From a virus (lineage: Duplodnaviria; Caudoviricetes), in the IMG/VR virus record IMGVR_UViG_3300032328_000712, positions 1 to 30,232 of that record: a stretch of DNA of 30,232 nt, one strand, 5' to 3'. The notes beneath the pieces are model-generated. The model was not told the DNA's origin and made no database searches. It saw only the letters and a list, made by a program, of their open reading frames with translations. Made by a program: the position numbers and the translations under genes. Numbering within the stretch: position 1 is the first letter of the stretch; each line of letters begins with the position of its first letter. Positions 7,660 to 18,700 of this stretch are shown here, piece after piece.

Positions 7660-10600
7660 GTCTATTTTCTAAGTCTTCTATTAATAATTGTTGATTTTTT
7701 ACTACAGAAATAAGTGCAACTCCAATTTTATCATACTCTACATAGTCAGGAATTCCTTCTTCATCTCTTTGAATCAATCCTTCTAGACCTAAATCACCTA
7801 TTTCTTCAGCAATAAGACCATGAACCCACGGAGCACTTTCTCCAAACTCCTCAACACTTTTATTATACTTAAATACTTTTGGAGATAAGTTGAGTAATGC
7901 ATCCACATCCCACTGAAAATCTGATATTTGTTGCTTAACTCTTCTAGTAGATGCAGATGTTCCAATAACATATGGACTAGAAGTAATAAGTAAGGTTCTT
8001 CCAGTAAGATTCGCACTAGAATAAACATTTACATTTCCCTTTAACTCACTAATTGGATTTAATATTACATCATCGGTTGCTGATAATGTTATATCATTTG
8101 TTGCTGATAAAGTAACTCCACCATTTGTTGCTGATAAAGTAACTCCACCATTTGTTGCTGATAACGCAATTCCACCTGTTGAAGAAATTGTTCCTGATCC
8201 TGCTGAAGCAATAGATAATGCTCCAAAATCAACACCGCCACCAAATGCAACATTTCCAGTTAACGTTGAAGTGCCAACTACTCTTAAAGTACTATTCATA
8301 TAAACAGGTGGCTCAAAACGCCATCTATTACTTGGTCCATCAAAATATAGCTGTGAGGCAAGCTGTCTTACACCATTATAAGCTGGTGTAAGATAAACAC
8401 CATAAACATCACTAGGATCAATCCATAAACCGTTACCATTTGAATTAACTATAGCAAAGTTAGATACGTCAGTTGTTATGGATCCTGAAGGAAATTCAGA
8501 GCCTCTTGAATTAATTTTAAATATATCATTAAACACCGAAAATGTATCTCTAGTCAATAAAGTATTACTTGGTTCCAATCTAGGAGATATACTTAAAAAT
8601 TCTTCACTTTGATTAATGCTTTTTATTACAAAGTTTCCTTTTGACTCATAATTAACAGTACCACCAGATCCAGATGGGCTTGTAAAATTATTATTACTTG
8701 CACCAACAGTAAAAGAATTATCGCTGTCTATGGCAACAATAGTAGAAAAATTATTATAGTTTCCACCACTTACACCAGAAACGTTAAACTGTTGACCCAG
8801 AGTAAAAGTACGATCACCACTATGCGTAAATGTAGCATATGTTGTGCTAATATTAGATAAAGCTCCTGCATTAATTAAGTTATCAGAATAAATAGTTACA
8901 TTTGTAGCAGCTACTGAATCAACACGAACTGGTGAAAACACTGATGCAGTTGAAGTTGCTCCAGTTGTTGAGCTTTGAATAGTAAAAGTATTTGCAGTAA
9001 CATCATAGACACCAAACGTACCATTAAATCCAGCAACCGATGCACCAGTAATTGTAACTAGGTCTCCAGGGAAAAAGGTATGTCCAGTTGCTGTGTATGT
9101 AACAAATCCAGAACCTGGATTTGCATCGTCAATCGCTGTAATTGTAAGTGGAGTTACAAGTCCAGTTGCAGTGATAATTTGATCTGTTGCCAATAACTTA
9201 AGACTTGAAAGACTTACTGATCCAGTTGAAAATGAAGGATTTCCAGTGGTAGTATTTGCAACTCTAAAAGTATTTGTTGTTACTGCTGTAATTGTAAATG
9301 TTCCATTAAATCCTGCAATAGAAGCACCACTAATTATTACAGTATCTCCAACATTAAAGGTATGACCATTTGCTGTATATGTAGCAGAATTAGAATCTGG
9401 ATTCAAATCATTAACTGCTGTAACAGTATGGACTCCAAACGAAAGGGTTGCTGTAGTACGGTAACTAGCTGCTGCTTTTCCAGCTGGACTAACTACAGTA
9501 GAAACAACATTGGTTTCAGTTTTAGCATATGTGAAAGTGTTTAAAGTTGGAGTATCAATAACAGTATATCTTCCATTAAATATAGAATCAACTCCAGATA
9601 CTACTATAGTTGATCCAGGAGCAAGTGCGTGTTCACCGTCTGTAGTAAGTGTTGCAATATTGCTTGTAAGTTGTTTATTTATTACGGAATAAACAAATTC
9701 ACTTCCTACACCACTAATAGTTGCAGATTTAATAACTATTGGATTAGAATAAGAAGCCGAAATTAATGGATAGTCTTCCGCACCCTCTCCTAAACTAACA
9801 GCTATTCCAAAACCAGATATATCACTTTCAATATATGATGCAGTAGTTGTATTTCTATTTTGAAACCAAAGTCCAAACTCATTCAAAGCAACAGTTGATT
9901 GCCAAATTGGATTTGGCAAAGTTCTATCATAAGTATCTATAGAGATTCCTGGGAAACCTGTAAGTCCAGAGTCTGTTGTGTCTAAAGATATAACATCTTT
10001 ACCATTTGCTCCCCATAAGGCTGGATCATTAGTTCCAGAAACTCCAGAAGTATCTATAAGAAAAGTTCCAAAACTTCCAGCATTTGCATTTATTGTTCCT
10101 GTAACTTCTAATAAGTCAGAACTTGATTGATAGGATAAATAATTATTTGCTGATCCTACTCTAATTCTTGGATTACCTGCATCTGCAAACCAATAATTGT
10201 TATCATTAATTTTTAGACCCACACCAACTGATCCAGTTGAAAATAATCCAAATCCCATAGTGTTGCCTGGATTTGCTGTTATTGGTGTTGTGTCATTAAC
10301 AAATCCTTTTAAAATTCCATCAACAGTTAGGGTTAAAGATGCGGTATCCCAAGTTACACGACCATCACCAAGACTAAAGTTTCCATTAGTAGCATTTATA
10401 AAGTCTTCAGTATTTTCTATATATAAACCTGCACTACCATAAACGGCGGTAGGAGATATAATTATTCTATTTGGAGCTGTTCCAACAGCTATAGAAGTTG
10501 CTGCAATTCCAGGAGCAGTAAGAACACCACTTTCAAAATATAACTGATCTGATATACTAAACCTTCCAGAGGCATCCATATAAAATGGAGTAAATGGATC

Positions 10601-12289
10601 TTTAAAGCTACCTGCTCCTGAAAAAATAGAAGATGTTGTGCTTAATTCAGTTCCAGATATTGTTATTTGATTAGCACCATATCCAACAAAAATGTTTCCG
10701 TTTTCAGGCTCTCCTATTGAAACTGTTCCAAGAGGAGAAACTGCGGTAGAAGCAACATTGCTTGCAGTTTTAGCATATGTAAATGACTCTAATGTTGGAA
10801 CGCCTGTAATTGTATATGTTCCATTAAATGTAGCATCTACCCCAGAAACAACAACTTCATCACCAATAACAAAATTATGAAAAGTACTTGTTGCAAGAGT
10901 TGCAACATTGCCCAATAATTTTTTATTATATACAGAATAAGAAATGTTTTGCTTACCAACTGTAATGTTATTTGTAAAGTTTCCAGAATCAGCATTTATG
11001 GTTCCAGTTACGGTTAAGGCTCCAGTAAATGAGTTATAGCTCATTGAATTAGTGTCATTACCAACTTTAAATTTATAGTTTTTTAAAGAAGAGTCAATTT
11101 GTCCAAGACCTGTTGTATATGTTCCAGCCGTAACTCTTAAAGAAGTTGTTACTAAATAATCTGGATCATCTTCTCCTGGAGTTTCAACTATAGAGTCTAC
11201 TGAGTAACGTGAGCTTTGTTCAAATACTGGACTAGTAAAAGAAGTTACTGTTATTGGAAAACCTTCTTCAAACTCTCCAATATATTCTTTAGCTACATAT
11301 ATATGCAAAATTGATGTATCTTCTGTTGAAACAACATTAACTAAATTAAGTTGTGTAATCGTATATATATCATCTAGACCAAAAGAATCAGCTTTTAAGT
11401 CAACAGTTATTGGATTTGTTGTACCTGCGATATCTTTTTTATAATAAACGGTAAATGTATTTGGTGTAACTTCTGCTATAGAAAACGTATCTTCAAGTTC
11501 TAAAAACTTATCTTCTGTAAATCCAGAAATAGAAACTTTATCTGCAACAGAAAGAGTGTGATTTGCTAAAGTAAATTCTGCTTTTCTTAAGATAACATTA
11601 TTAGTTGAATTTTGTGCTACAACAGATAAAATAGGAATAGATTTTATCTGATCATAGCCCATAAAATAATTATGTCTGTCTAAAAATATACCGCTATGTT
11701 CTGAAGAATTACCTTCAAAAGAGGTTGATTCAAATAGATTTTTTCCAATAGTTACTAGTGGTTCTCCATTTACATCTTCACCCACATTTAAAATTCCATC
11801 AATTTTTCCAGATGTGGCTTCTATTGTTCCTCTTACAAAAACATTTGAAAAAACAGCATTACCTTGATTTGTTATCATCCAGCCATCAGTTCCAAGAGAA
11901 AGACTTGAAATGTCATCCCTATAAGAACTAAATAAATGGTCTTGTGAAAATGATCCATCTTCATTTTCTGCACCATAGGTGTATGGCTCTTCTAGGTTTT
12001 CATCTCCAAGAAAGTACAAAAAGTATTTTTGTTCATCAACGCCGTCTACTACAACTGGAAAGGCATCAATTTTTGTAATAAAAAACGAATCATCTTGTGA
12101 TATTGGATTTGCATTAAAAATTGTTTGACCAACAGTTAAGTCAGATGCATAAACTTCAGTACTGGTTCTTGGAATAAAGCCATTAAAGTTTAAAGACGCT
12201 AATCTATCTGAAAGTAAGTATATTGAACCATCTGAAGATTCTATTCCTCTTACGCTTGAGGATTGATTATTTTTTCCTACACCTGCCAT
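7640..12289 (-). CDS. Tail fibre/spike protein with repeated beta-modules and a C-terminal peptidase S74-type intramolecular chaperone
   Basis: 1549 aa rich in T/S/G/V; repeats H-x-F-x-x-G-D-x-V-x-I-S-G...FNG-x-[FY]-x-I...N-T-F; C-terminus STRRVK...GLIAEEI...VEYDKI...coiled coil. Confidence 0.85.
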   Translation of the reverse strand: MAGVGKNNQSSSVRGIESSDGSIYLLSDRLASLNFNGFIPRTSTEVYASDLTVGQTIFNANPISQDDSFFITKIDAFPVVVDGVDEQKYFLYFLGDENLEEPYTYGAENEDGSFSQDHLFSSYRDDISSLSLGTDGWMITNQGNAVFSNVFVRGTIEATSGKIDGILNVGEDVNGEPLVTIGKNLFESTSFEGNSSEHSGIFLDRHNYFMGYDQIKSIPILSVVAQNSTNNVILRKAEFTLANHTLSVADKVSISGFTEDKFLELEDTFSIAEVTPNTFTVYYKKDIAGTTNPITVDLKADSFGLDDIYTITQLNLVNVVSTEDTSILHIYVAKEYIGEFEEGFPITVTSFTSPVFEQSSRYSVDSIVETPGEDDPDYLVTTSLRVTAGTYTTGLGQIDSSLKNYKFKVGNDTNSMSYNSFTGALTVTGTINADSGNFTNNITVGKQNISYSVYNKKLLGNVATLATSTFHNFVIGDEVVVSGVDATFNGTYTITGVPTLESFTYAKTASNVASTAVSPLGTVSIGEPENGNIFVGYGANQITISGTELSTTSSIFSGAGSFKDPFTPFYMDASGRFSISDQLYFESGVLTAPGIAATSIAVGTAPNRIIISPTAVYGSAGLYIENTEDFINATNGNFSLGDGRVTWDTASLTLTVDGILKGFVNDTTPITANPGNTMGFGLFSTGSVGVGLKINDNNYWFADAGNPRIRVGSANNYLSYQSSSDLLEVTGTINANAGSFGTFLIDTSGVSGTNDPALWGANGKDVISLDTTDSGLTGFPGISIDTYDRTLPNPIWQSTVALNEFGLWFQNRNTTTASYIESDISGFGIAVSLGEGAEDYPLISASYSNPIVIKSATISGVGSEFVYSVINKQLTSNIATLTTDGEHALAPGSTIVVSGVDSIFNGRYTVIDTPTLNTFTYAKTETNVVSTVVSPAGKAAASYRTTATLSFGVHTVTAVNDLNPDSNSATYTANGHTFNVGDTVIISGASIAGFNGTFTITAVTTNTFRVANTTTGNPSFSTGSVSLSSLKLLATDQIITATGLVTPLTITAIDDANPGSGFVTYTATGHTFFPGDLVTITGASVAGFNGTFGVYDVTANTFTIQSSTTGATSTASVFSPVRVDSVAATNVTIYSDNLINAGALSNISTTYATFTHSGDRTFTLGQQFNVSGVSGGNYNNFSTIVAIDSDNSFTVGASNNNFTSPSGSGGTVNYESKGNFVIKSINQSEEFLSISPRLEPSNTLLTRDTFSVFNDIFKINSRGSEFPSGSITTDVSNFAIVNSNGNGLWIDPSDVYGVYLTPAYNGVRQLASQLYFDGPSNRWRFEPPVYMNSTLRVVGTSTLTGNVAFGGGVDFGALSIASAGSGTISSTGGIALSATNGGVTLSATNGGVTLSATNDITLSATDDVILNPISELKGNVNVYSSANLTGRTLLITSSPYVIGTSASTRRVKQQISDFQWDVDALLNLSPKVFKYNKSVEEFGESAPWVHGLIAEEIGDLGLEGLIQRDEEGIPDYVEYDKIGVALISVVKNQQLLIEDLENRLAALES
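8095..8164. repeat. 27-bp tandem repeat (2.6 copies) inside the tail fibre gene
   Basis: catttgttgctgataaagtaactccac at 8095-8121 and 8122-8148, partial at 8149-8164; encodes LSATNGGVT. Confidence 0.95.
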
Positions 12290-13767
12290 TAGTCAAGCAC
12301 CTCTACTTGAGAAAGTATTTCATTTTCGCTTGCGTTCCTGTTTGGAAGCCAATAAGCACTCCAGACACCATCTTTTTTTGTATACCTTGCAATAGCAAAC
12401 TGAACTTCAACTTTTCTTAAAAGCTCTGGAACAGTTTGATTATTTACTTGCAGTTTGCTTGCCTCATAATATTTTACTTTTCCAGTTGAAGTTGGAAATC
12501 TTTTTAAGCTACTACTAATAACTTTTGGATTATCTGTAACCGAAGGTGGAGATCCTTTTTTAAAAGTTTCTGTGCCTTTTAATGATGTATTTTCTGTTGC
12601 AAGCGTTGGAAATGCAAGGGAGTCTCCGTATGTTCCAAAAAAATATTTTTTATTATCTCCACCTGTATCGGTATCTGAAATTATGAAATATATATAATCT
12701 CTTACCTCATCTTCCCAAATAAGTTTTTCTATAATATTTGGATTTATAAGAGAAGAACTTATAGATGAAGATTTTTTAAAAGTATAATTAGTTGATGCTT
12801 TTGTAGCATCATAACGAGTCGATGTTTGCCAAATAATATTTGCAGATGCAACTGTTGCATTCTTCGCTTTGGATGTCTGGTCTCCCCCTTTTTTAAGATA
12901 TTTATAAAAATCTCCAGTAAATGAAGTACCTTCAAATGTACCATATATTGCAACTTGAGTATTTGCTTCTTTTTTAGAAAGTGCTGTTTTCCCCATAGTA
13001 AGATAAATCAATCTACGACCATTTTCAGTGGTAAATTTTCCAACATCTATAATCGGTGCATTATCCCATACAACCGAACTTCCATAATTTACACCTTGGT
13101 AAGTTATTTTTGCACCTAACGCATATATATTTGATTTTCCAGCAATAATATTAGTTAATTTTGTATCTTCAGGAAGGTATACGGTAGTGCTACCTACAGG
13201 AATAGCATCTACTATATTAACATATAAAGGAGTTGTAGTACGCTTAACACTATATATTGTTTCTGCAAGAGGATCAATATCTGCAAGACTTAACTTTAAT
13301 CTTAAAGTGTTCTTATCTACTACTTGATAATCTGTTCTGTAGTTTAAAAAATCCAAAAATCCTTTAAATCCAGATAAATAATACGAAGTAAATTCTACAG
13401 CCCCATTAAAAGTTATTGTAAAAGTATATTCAACTCCTTCTGGTTCATATGATGTTACTCCATCTTCACGACTTGTTGGAAATTGGTTAAATTTCCATTC
13501 TACTGATTTTACTTTAACGCCTTGATTAGGTGCATGAGAAGGTCCACCTGGAATAATTCCAGAATTAGTTACCTCTGATTTAACAGAAGTTGCTGATTCA
13601 TTTATTTGAGAAAATGTAGAAAAGTTTGAAGGATTTATATTAAAAAGTTTTGGAACCTGTGTTTGAAAAAACCTAAGAGTATCTATATTCTTATTTCCTT
13701 GTTTAATATTAAATGAAACATTATAGATTTCATTTGGCTCTAGGTCAAGTTTAGATAGTTTTTGCAT
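12289..13767 (-). CDS. Hypothetical virion/tail protein
   Basis: 492-aa beta-rich ORF, TAATG-coupled on both sides within the tail operon. Confidence 0.7.
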   Translation of the reverse strand: MQKLSKLDLEPNEIYNVSFNIKQGNKNIDTLRFFQTQVPKLFNINPSNFSTFSQINESATSVKSEVTNSGIIPGGPSHAPNQGVKVKSVEWKFNQFPTSREDGVTSYEPEGVEYTFTITFNGAVEFTSYYLSGFKGFLDFLNYRTDYQVVDKNTLRLKLSLADIDPLAETIYSVKRTTTPLYVNIVDAIPVGSTTVYLPEDTKLTNIIAGKSNIYALGAKITYQGVNYGSSVVWDNAPIIDVGKFTTENGRRLIYLTMGKTALSKKEANTQVAIYGTFEGTSFTGDFYKYLKKGGDQTSKAKNATVASANIIWQTSTRYDATKASTNYTFKKSSSISSSLINPNIIEKLIWEDEVRDYIYFIISDTDTGGDNKKYFFGTYGDSLAFPTLATENTSLKGTETFKKGSPPSVTDNPKVISSSLKRFPTSTGKVKYYEASKLQVNNQTVPELLRKVEVQFAIARYTKKDGVWSAYWLPNRNASENEILSQVEVLD

Positions 13768-14717
13768 TACTTTACCATTTCCATTTCAAGTAAGTATTGG
13801 ATATCAATAACTGATCCAAGAGGCTTTTCAATAGGTACTGATAGCACCGCCCTTGAAACAAGACCTTCTACAGAATCGGCTGTTTTGTATTTTTTAACTC
13901 TTAATCCATCAAGAATGGTAGTTCCACTACTTACATTTGCAATAGTAACAGATGTTATTTTTGACCAATCAACAGCTGCGTAGTCACTGCCTTCATTTTT
14001 TTCTTTTGACAATACTTTATATCCAGCACCACCTGATGCAAAATCATAAACTGCATTTCCTGATGCACTTAAAAATGTAACTCTTACAGTATAAGAATCA
14101 CTAAAATTACCAGCCAAAACAAAGCTATCATATGGTGCAACATATCCCATATCTAAAACTGAATCATTAAATTTTATAGTATCTGTTTGTGTAAGCTTTA
14201 AAGCATTGCTTCCGATTCTATAATTAGAAAGGTCTGAAACAAAGTTTGGAGTTAAATTTGATGATGTAGCTCCAACTTCTGTTGTAACAATATATGAATT
14301 ATTTGATAATTTTAATGGGTCTCCAGATTCAAAGTTAAATATAACTCTATTATCTGCTTCAAAGTTTGAGGAAAGCTTATTTGAATATAGCCCTAATTCT
14401 GTAATGTAATATCTTGAAGGATCAGTTATTCTTGCAGTATAAACTAGCACATCTTCTTCATATTCTTCATAATCTTGACCAAGACTTGCTGCGGTAATTG
14501 GATATCTTCCAACAGAAAAATCTAAATCTGCCATATCTAAATATGCACCAGATGAAGTATTTGCTTTAGATGAAATACCAATTCCCATAGAACCAGCAAA
14601 TGAAGGAACTAATCCAAGCATTGTTTTAAGAGCATTTGATCTACCTAATAAAGTTAATTTATTTTTTTGTTCTGCTACTAATTCTCCGTCAATAAAGACT
14701 CTATAAATACCGTTCAT
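13767..14717 (-). CDS. Minor tail/baseplate protein (start revised to ATG 14717, MNGIYRVF...)
   Basis: NKLTLLGR...MGIG...YYITELGLY...IEKPLGSVIDIQY pattern resembles tail-collar/baseplate proteins. The revised start removes the overlap with the upstream gene. Confidence 0.65.
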   Translation of the reverse strand: MNGIYRVFIDGELVAEQKNKLTLLGRSNALKTMLGLVPSFAGSMGIGISSKANTSSGAYLDMADLDFSVGRYPITAASLGQDYEEYEEDVLVYTARITDPSRYYITELGLYSNKLSSNFEADNRVIFNFESGDPLKLSNNSYIVTTEVGATSSNLTPNFVSDLSNYRIGSNALKLTQTDTIKFNDSVLDMGYVAPYDSFVLAGNFSDSYTVRVTFLSASGNAVYDFASGGAGYKVLSKEKNEGSDYAAVDWSKITSVTIANVSSGTTILDGLRVKKYKTADSVEGLVSRAVLSVPIEKPLGSVIDIQYLLEMEMVK

Positions 14718-14724
14718 ATTGTAC

Positions 14725-14733
14725 ATTTTACCA
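14725..14733 (-). promoter_or_regulatory. Extended -10 positioned for a leaderless transcript
   Basis: TGG-TAAAAT-GTACAAT-ATG(14717); no Shine-Dalgarno. Confidence 0.5.
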
Positions 14734-15747
14734 TTAAAGTCTATCAAAACGTATCTCCACATCCAAGCTATCATATTCATTTGGAAGTTCTATGTAAAAA
14801 TCAACTTTATTTTCAGTTGGCATTGCTCCAGTAAATTTAGTTCCCTCAAGACTTCCGTAGTGTTGTGTTAAAGTTTCAAAATCTGCTGAGGTAGATATCT
14901 TACTTTCTAAATATGTAATTAGTTTATTGGCTAATTGTATATCTTCTGAAGCCTGACTTTCATCGACTACCGCTTCAAGGTATTGAGATTGATCGGTTTG
15001 CTCAAAAACATCTGCAGCATTTTTATATTCTCCATTAGATGTCTTTACCTCAATATCAACATCTGGCAAGAAATCAATACTTTCATATGTATAATTAGTT
15101 AATAAGTCATCTCCTGCCTGAACTAGCTCCATAGATAACCTATCTATTTCTTGCTCAAAAGTTTTAGTATATTCAAGTGCATTAAACAATAAATCATAGT
15201 CTTGTGCAACCTTTTTCTTTTCCTCTTTTGGTAATCTTGGATATTTTACAGTTCCCCAGTTAGGTGGTGGTATTACGGGTTGAGGAACAAATGGCGTAGG
15301 AGTAAATGAAGATTTTGGTGGGGGACTATATCTATCTATCTTACTCCTTTTACCAGCTTTTGACAAAACAAACACATATCCGTTTTGCATAGATTGCTCT
15401 TGATATAAACCTGGAGCAATTTCTTTAAGATTATGATTACTCATTGCTCTTTGTGCTTCTTCTAATGTAGGATGAATGCCTGGATTTGCAGGACTTCCAT
15501 AAGGCAATATTGGTTTAGATCCACCACCAATAACTTTTGGAGGATACATAGAGGTGGTATTTAAAGAACCTTCACCATAGGTTTGAACTCTTGTTTTTAG
15601 AATATTATAAAGTGTCTTTTCTTCTGCTAAAGCCTTATTATAATTATCAGCTACGTTCATTCTTTTGTAAAAATCTAACTCATTTTTACCATTTATAGTG
15701 TATCCAGCCTCAATAACTTCTCCAGAACCAGGAACAATAGCAACCAT
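14734..15747 (-). CDS. Hypothetical tail-operon protein with a Pro-rich linker (start revised to ATG 15747)
   Basis: ATG 15747 overlaps the upstream stop (TAATG), with AAGGAG 8 nt upstream; SPPPKSSFTPTPFVPQPVIPPPN linker; acidic C-terminal half. Confidence 0.7.
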   Translation of the reverse strand: MVAIVPGSGEVIEAGYTINGKNELDFYKRMNVADNYNKALAEEKTLYNILKTRVQTYGEGSLNTTSMYPPKVIGGGSKPILPYGSPANPGIHPTLEEAQRAMSNHNLKEIAPGLYQEQSMQNGYVFVLSKAGKRSKIDRYSPPPKSSFTPTPFVPQPVIPPPNWGTVKYPRLPKEEKKKVAQDYDLLFNALEYTKTFEQEIDRLSMELVQAGDDLLTNYTYESIDFLPDVDIEVKTSNGEYKNAADVFEQTDQSQYLEAVVDESQASEDIQLANKLITYLESKISTSADFETLTQHYGSLEGTKFTGAMPTENKVDFYIELPNEYDSLDVEIRFDRL

Positions 15748-18700
15748 TAGACACACTCCTTTATTTCAATATTCATTGCTGGACCAGTATTAGAAATAGT
15801 ATGAGATATGGAGGAAATGGTATATGTTTTTGTATCATCGTTGTATAGTTTATCTGAATACAAAAGACCAACTTTATCTCCAAGTTCTAATATTGGATTA
15901 GGAAAAATGCTCAAAGATATGGATTTTCTTTCTTTTGACAGACTATCTGTAATCCAAGTTGCAAGAGATCTTGCTTGCTCTAGATTATTAATAAAGTCTC
16001 CAGATATCATAACTTCTTGTTTTCCATAAAGATTTCTATTTATAGTATACCTATCATTATCTTCTTTGTCATATTCTTCTTTTTCTACAAGTTTACTTGA
16101 CTGCACCGTTCCAGGATTTATATTCTTTAAAGCAAATGCTGAAATCCAAAGTGGAGTTTGAGCAGTTTCATCTATTTGAATAGGACCACTTCCAGTATTA
16201 TACAGCCAAAAAGATGCACCAAAAGATGAAGGTTGAAAGTCTGAAACAAAATAGTTTGGATTAACTTCTGACAAACTAATTAGATTTGGATTAAGTGAAG
16301 GTGTATCAAACCTTGCATCAAACTTTTTAACCTCTCTAGCATACCTTCCAAAGTCTTCAAAGTATACTAGAACCTTACTGTTACCCAGCGATTGCATTAA
16401 TGTGTCTGGTAATAATCCACGACCTGCAAGATTTGACATTTTTTGATTTTTATTTTTTGTTAAAACTGATGAAACTTTTTCAACAACAATGTCGTCTGGG
16501 GAAGAAGAAACATATAGGTATTCATATATTGCTGAAGACTCACCTCTTGTAATAAATCCAGCATAGGATGTTTCTGGGGCAATAGATGACTTAGGTTCTG
16601 ATGCCTCAGCAACTTGTTGATCGTCCCAGTATATTTCATAATATCTGGTGTTGCCCTTATCTCTAGTAACTACTTCTAAGTCAAATATTTGTGCATAGCT
16701 TTTACCGCCACCCTTTGCATCAGTAAGTGCTGTACCCATATCTGGAGCGGTGGATGGTGTAGAAGATACATTAACCCAAGCATTTACAAGTATCTTTGGG
16801 ATATGTTTTCCAGCTTCGTAAACTACCTTATAAAACCTAAGATTTCTATAGTTTGCATTAAGTAAAGAGTCTTGATCAATTTTTCCAACATCTTCTACTT
16901 CAACAAAGTATCCAGTAATTCCAGACTTACTACCTTTACTTGTTGTAGCAATACTCCAACCAATACCTGCAATACAAGAATCTTTAATTAATGTTTCACC
17001 TGCATCTACATTTTTAGGTACATCTGCAACAAGTCTCATTCTTGTGCCAATTCTTTTAATTGGAATAGTAGAACCATTTACTTTTATCTTCTTAAATATT
17101 CCAGCAACTATCTGTTCTGATACATTATCCATAGGCAAAAAATCTGTAACTAAATTTTCTATATAATAAGTACCCCCAGTTCCTGGAGCATCTGGAAATC
17201 CTGTTCCTTTGGCGTCAAATGTAAAAGCACCAGGGGATCCTCCAACAGCAGTAACGGTTACTGTCTGATTGTAGCTGTCAGGAGTCATACCTGAAATAGT
17301 AACTACTTGACCAACGGCAAAATTTTGAGTAAAAAAATTAAATGTAAATCTTGCACTTGTTGAAGAAAGACGGATGGCTGAGGTAAGGGATGAGGTTGGT
17401 ATAAGATTTCTTCTACTTGGAATATTTCCAGATGATCTTGCAGAACTTACTCTAATGTATCCAGGAATTGACTTTGATGTCATTAAAGCACCTGTTGTTT
17501 TATTTGAAATAAAATTATCTATTCTGTTTGTTACAGTAAAAGAATTAATAATAGATGCTGGCACTGCTCTTTTTGGTCCCCAAAGTTGAACTCCATATTT
17601 TTGCCAATCATCAGCAGCCCTGTCCTGCATAAACTCTTTACTTGTATCTACGGCTTTATGGGCGGTAATTTCTGTTTTATTTTGACCTCTTCCATCTGAT
17701 ATTAAAGTATAAATATTTTTAGTTGGATCTAATGGGTCAATAGCTGTTTTAAAATCTAAACTAACTATTAGTGCTTCTGGTTCAATAGAGCCACCTTGTC
17801 TAAGTTTTGATTTCTCAAAGTTATATTCTTCAACACTAAATAAAATTTTCTTTTTAAATGTTTTTTCTCTTGGGTTACTCATAAAGAATAAAATACCGTT
17901 ATATTTAATAATTTCAGTATCAATCATTATATATCCGTTGTAGCTATTAATGAAAGTATTAATCATTTCTTTATCTAGGTTCATACAAAGGTGTGTTTTT
18001 GCAGCATTGGATTTTGCATAAAACTTTCTAATAGCATCTTGCTTACTATCTGCTGATTCTGTTTTATCTACAAACAGTTGCATAGGTGTTTTTTCAGGTA
18101 TATCTTTAATAATTGCAGCAGCAGCTAGATAATTATCTGACTTACCTTTATCATTTCCTGGCTGCCATACAATATCTAAGGTATATCTTAAATCTTTATT
18201 TATAAAAGAAGCCCCAAAATTTGGCGACTCTAAGTGTTGTTGTTTTTTATCATCATTGCTATTTATTAAGGATAATGATTTTTTCTCTAATCCAAGACCA
18301 TTAAAGTCAACATTTACATCAGTAATTGGTGGTTCAGATGATTCGTTAAAACTTTGAATATTAGAAATATAAGGTATGTTATCTTTTGTTGTTACCCCAT
18401 CATTTCCAATAAACCAAAAATCTTTTTTTTCTGGAGCAATCATTTTTTCTTTAGTCATAGCAATTAGTTCATTATCTACATCCATATAGATAGATGTTTG
18501 AGTAGATACAGCAACCGATTCAAGAACTTCAAGTACCGTCTGCTCTTTCTTTGAGTAAAAGAAATCCATAACTACATCTTCATAATCATTGTCATTGCTA
18601 GTTTTTTCAAACCTAAATCCAGTAAAACCAATATTGTCTAGCATCATTAGCAAAGCAACTGAAGTTGGAACACCAGTATTATTTGCAATCATTAAATCTG

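Noticed and set aside
8095-8164. 27-bp direct repeats considered as a CRISPR array
   Set aside because: The units are contiguous without spacers, in frame within a CDS, and no cas genes are present.
14718-14780. ORF-track start at 14780 (MNMIAWMWRY...)
   Set aside because: It overlaps the upstream gene and gives an implausible N-terminus. ATG 14717 follows an extended -10 in the short intergenic gap.
7798-17589. Short nested or antisense ORFs within tail genes (7798-8028, 9362-9544, 9510-9692, 10197-10442, 10692-10880, 12223-12420, 12759-12953, 13762-13983, 15808-16029, 17374-17589)
   Set aside because: Expected by chance opposite or within long ORFs; no independent support.
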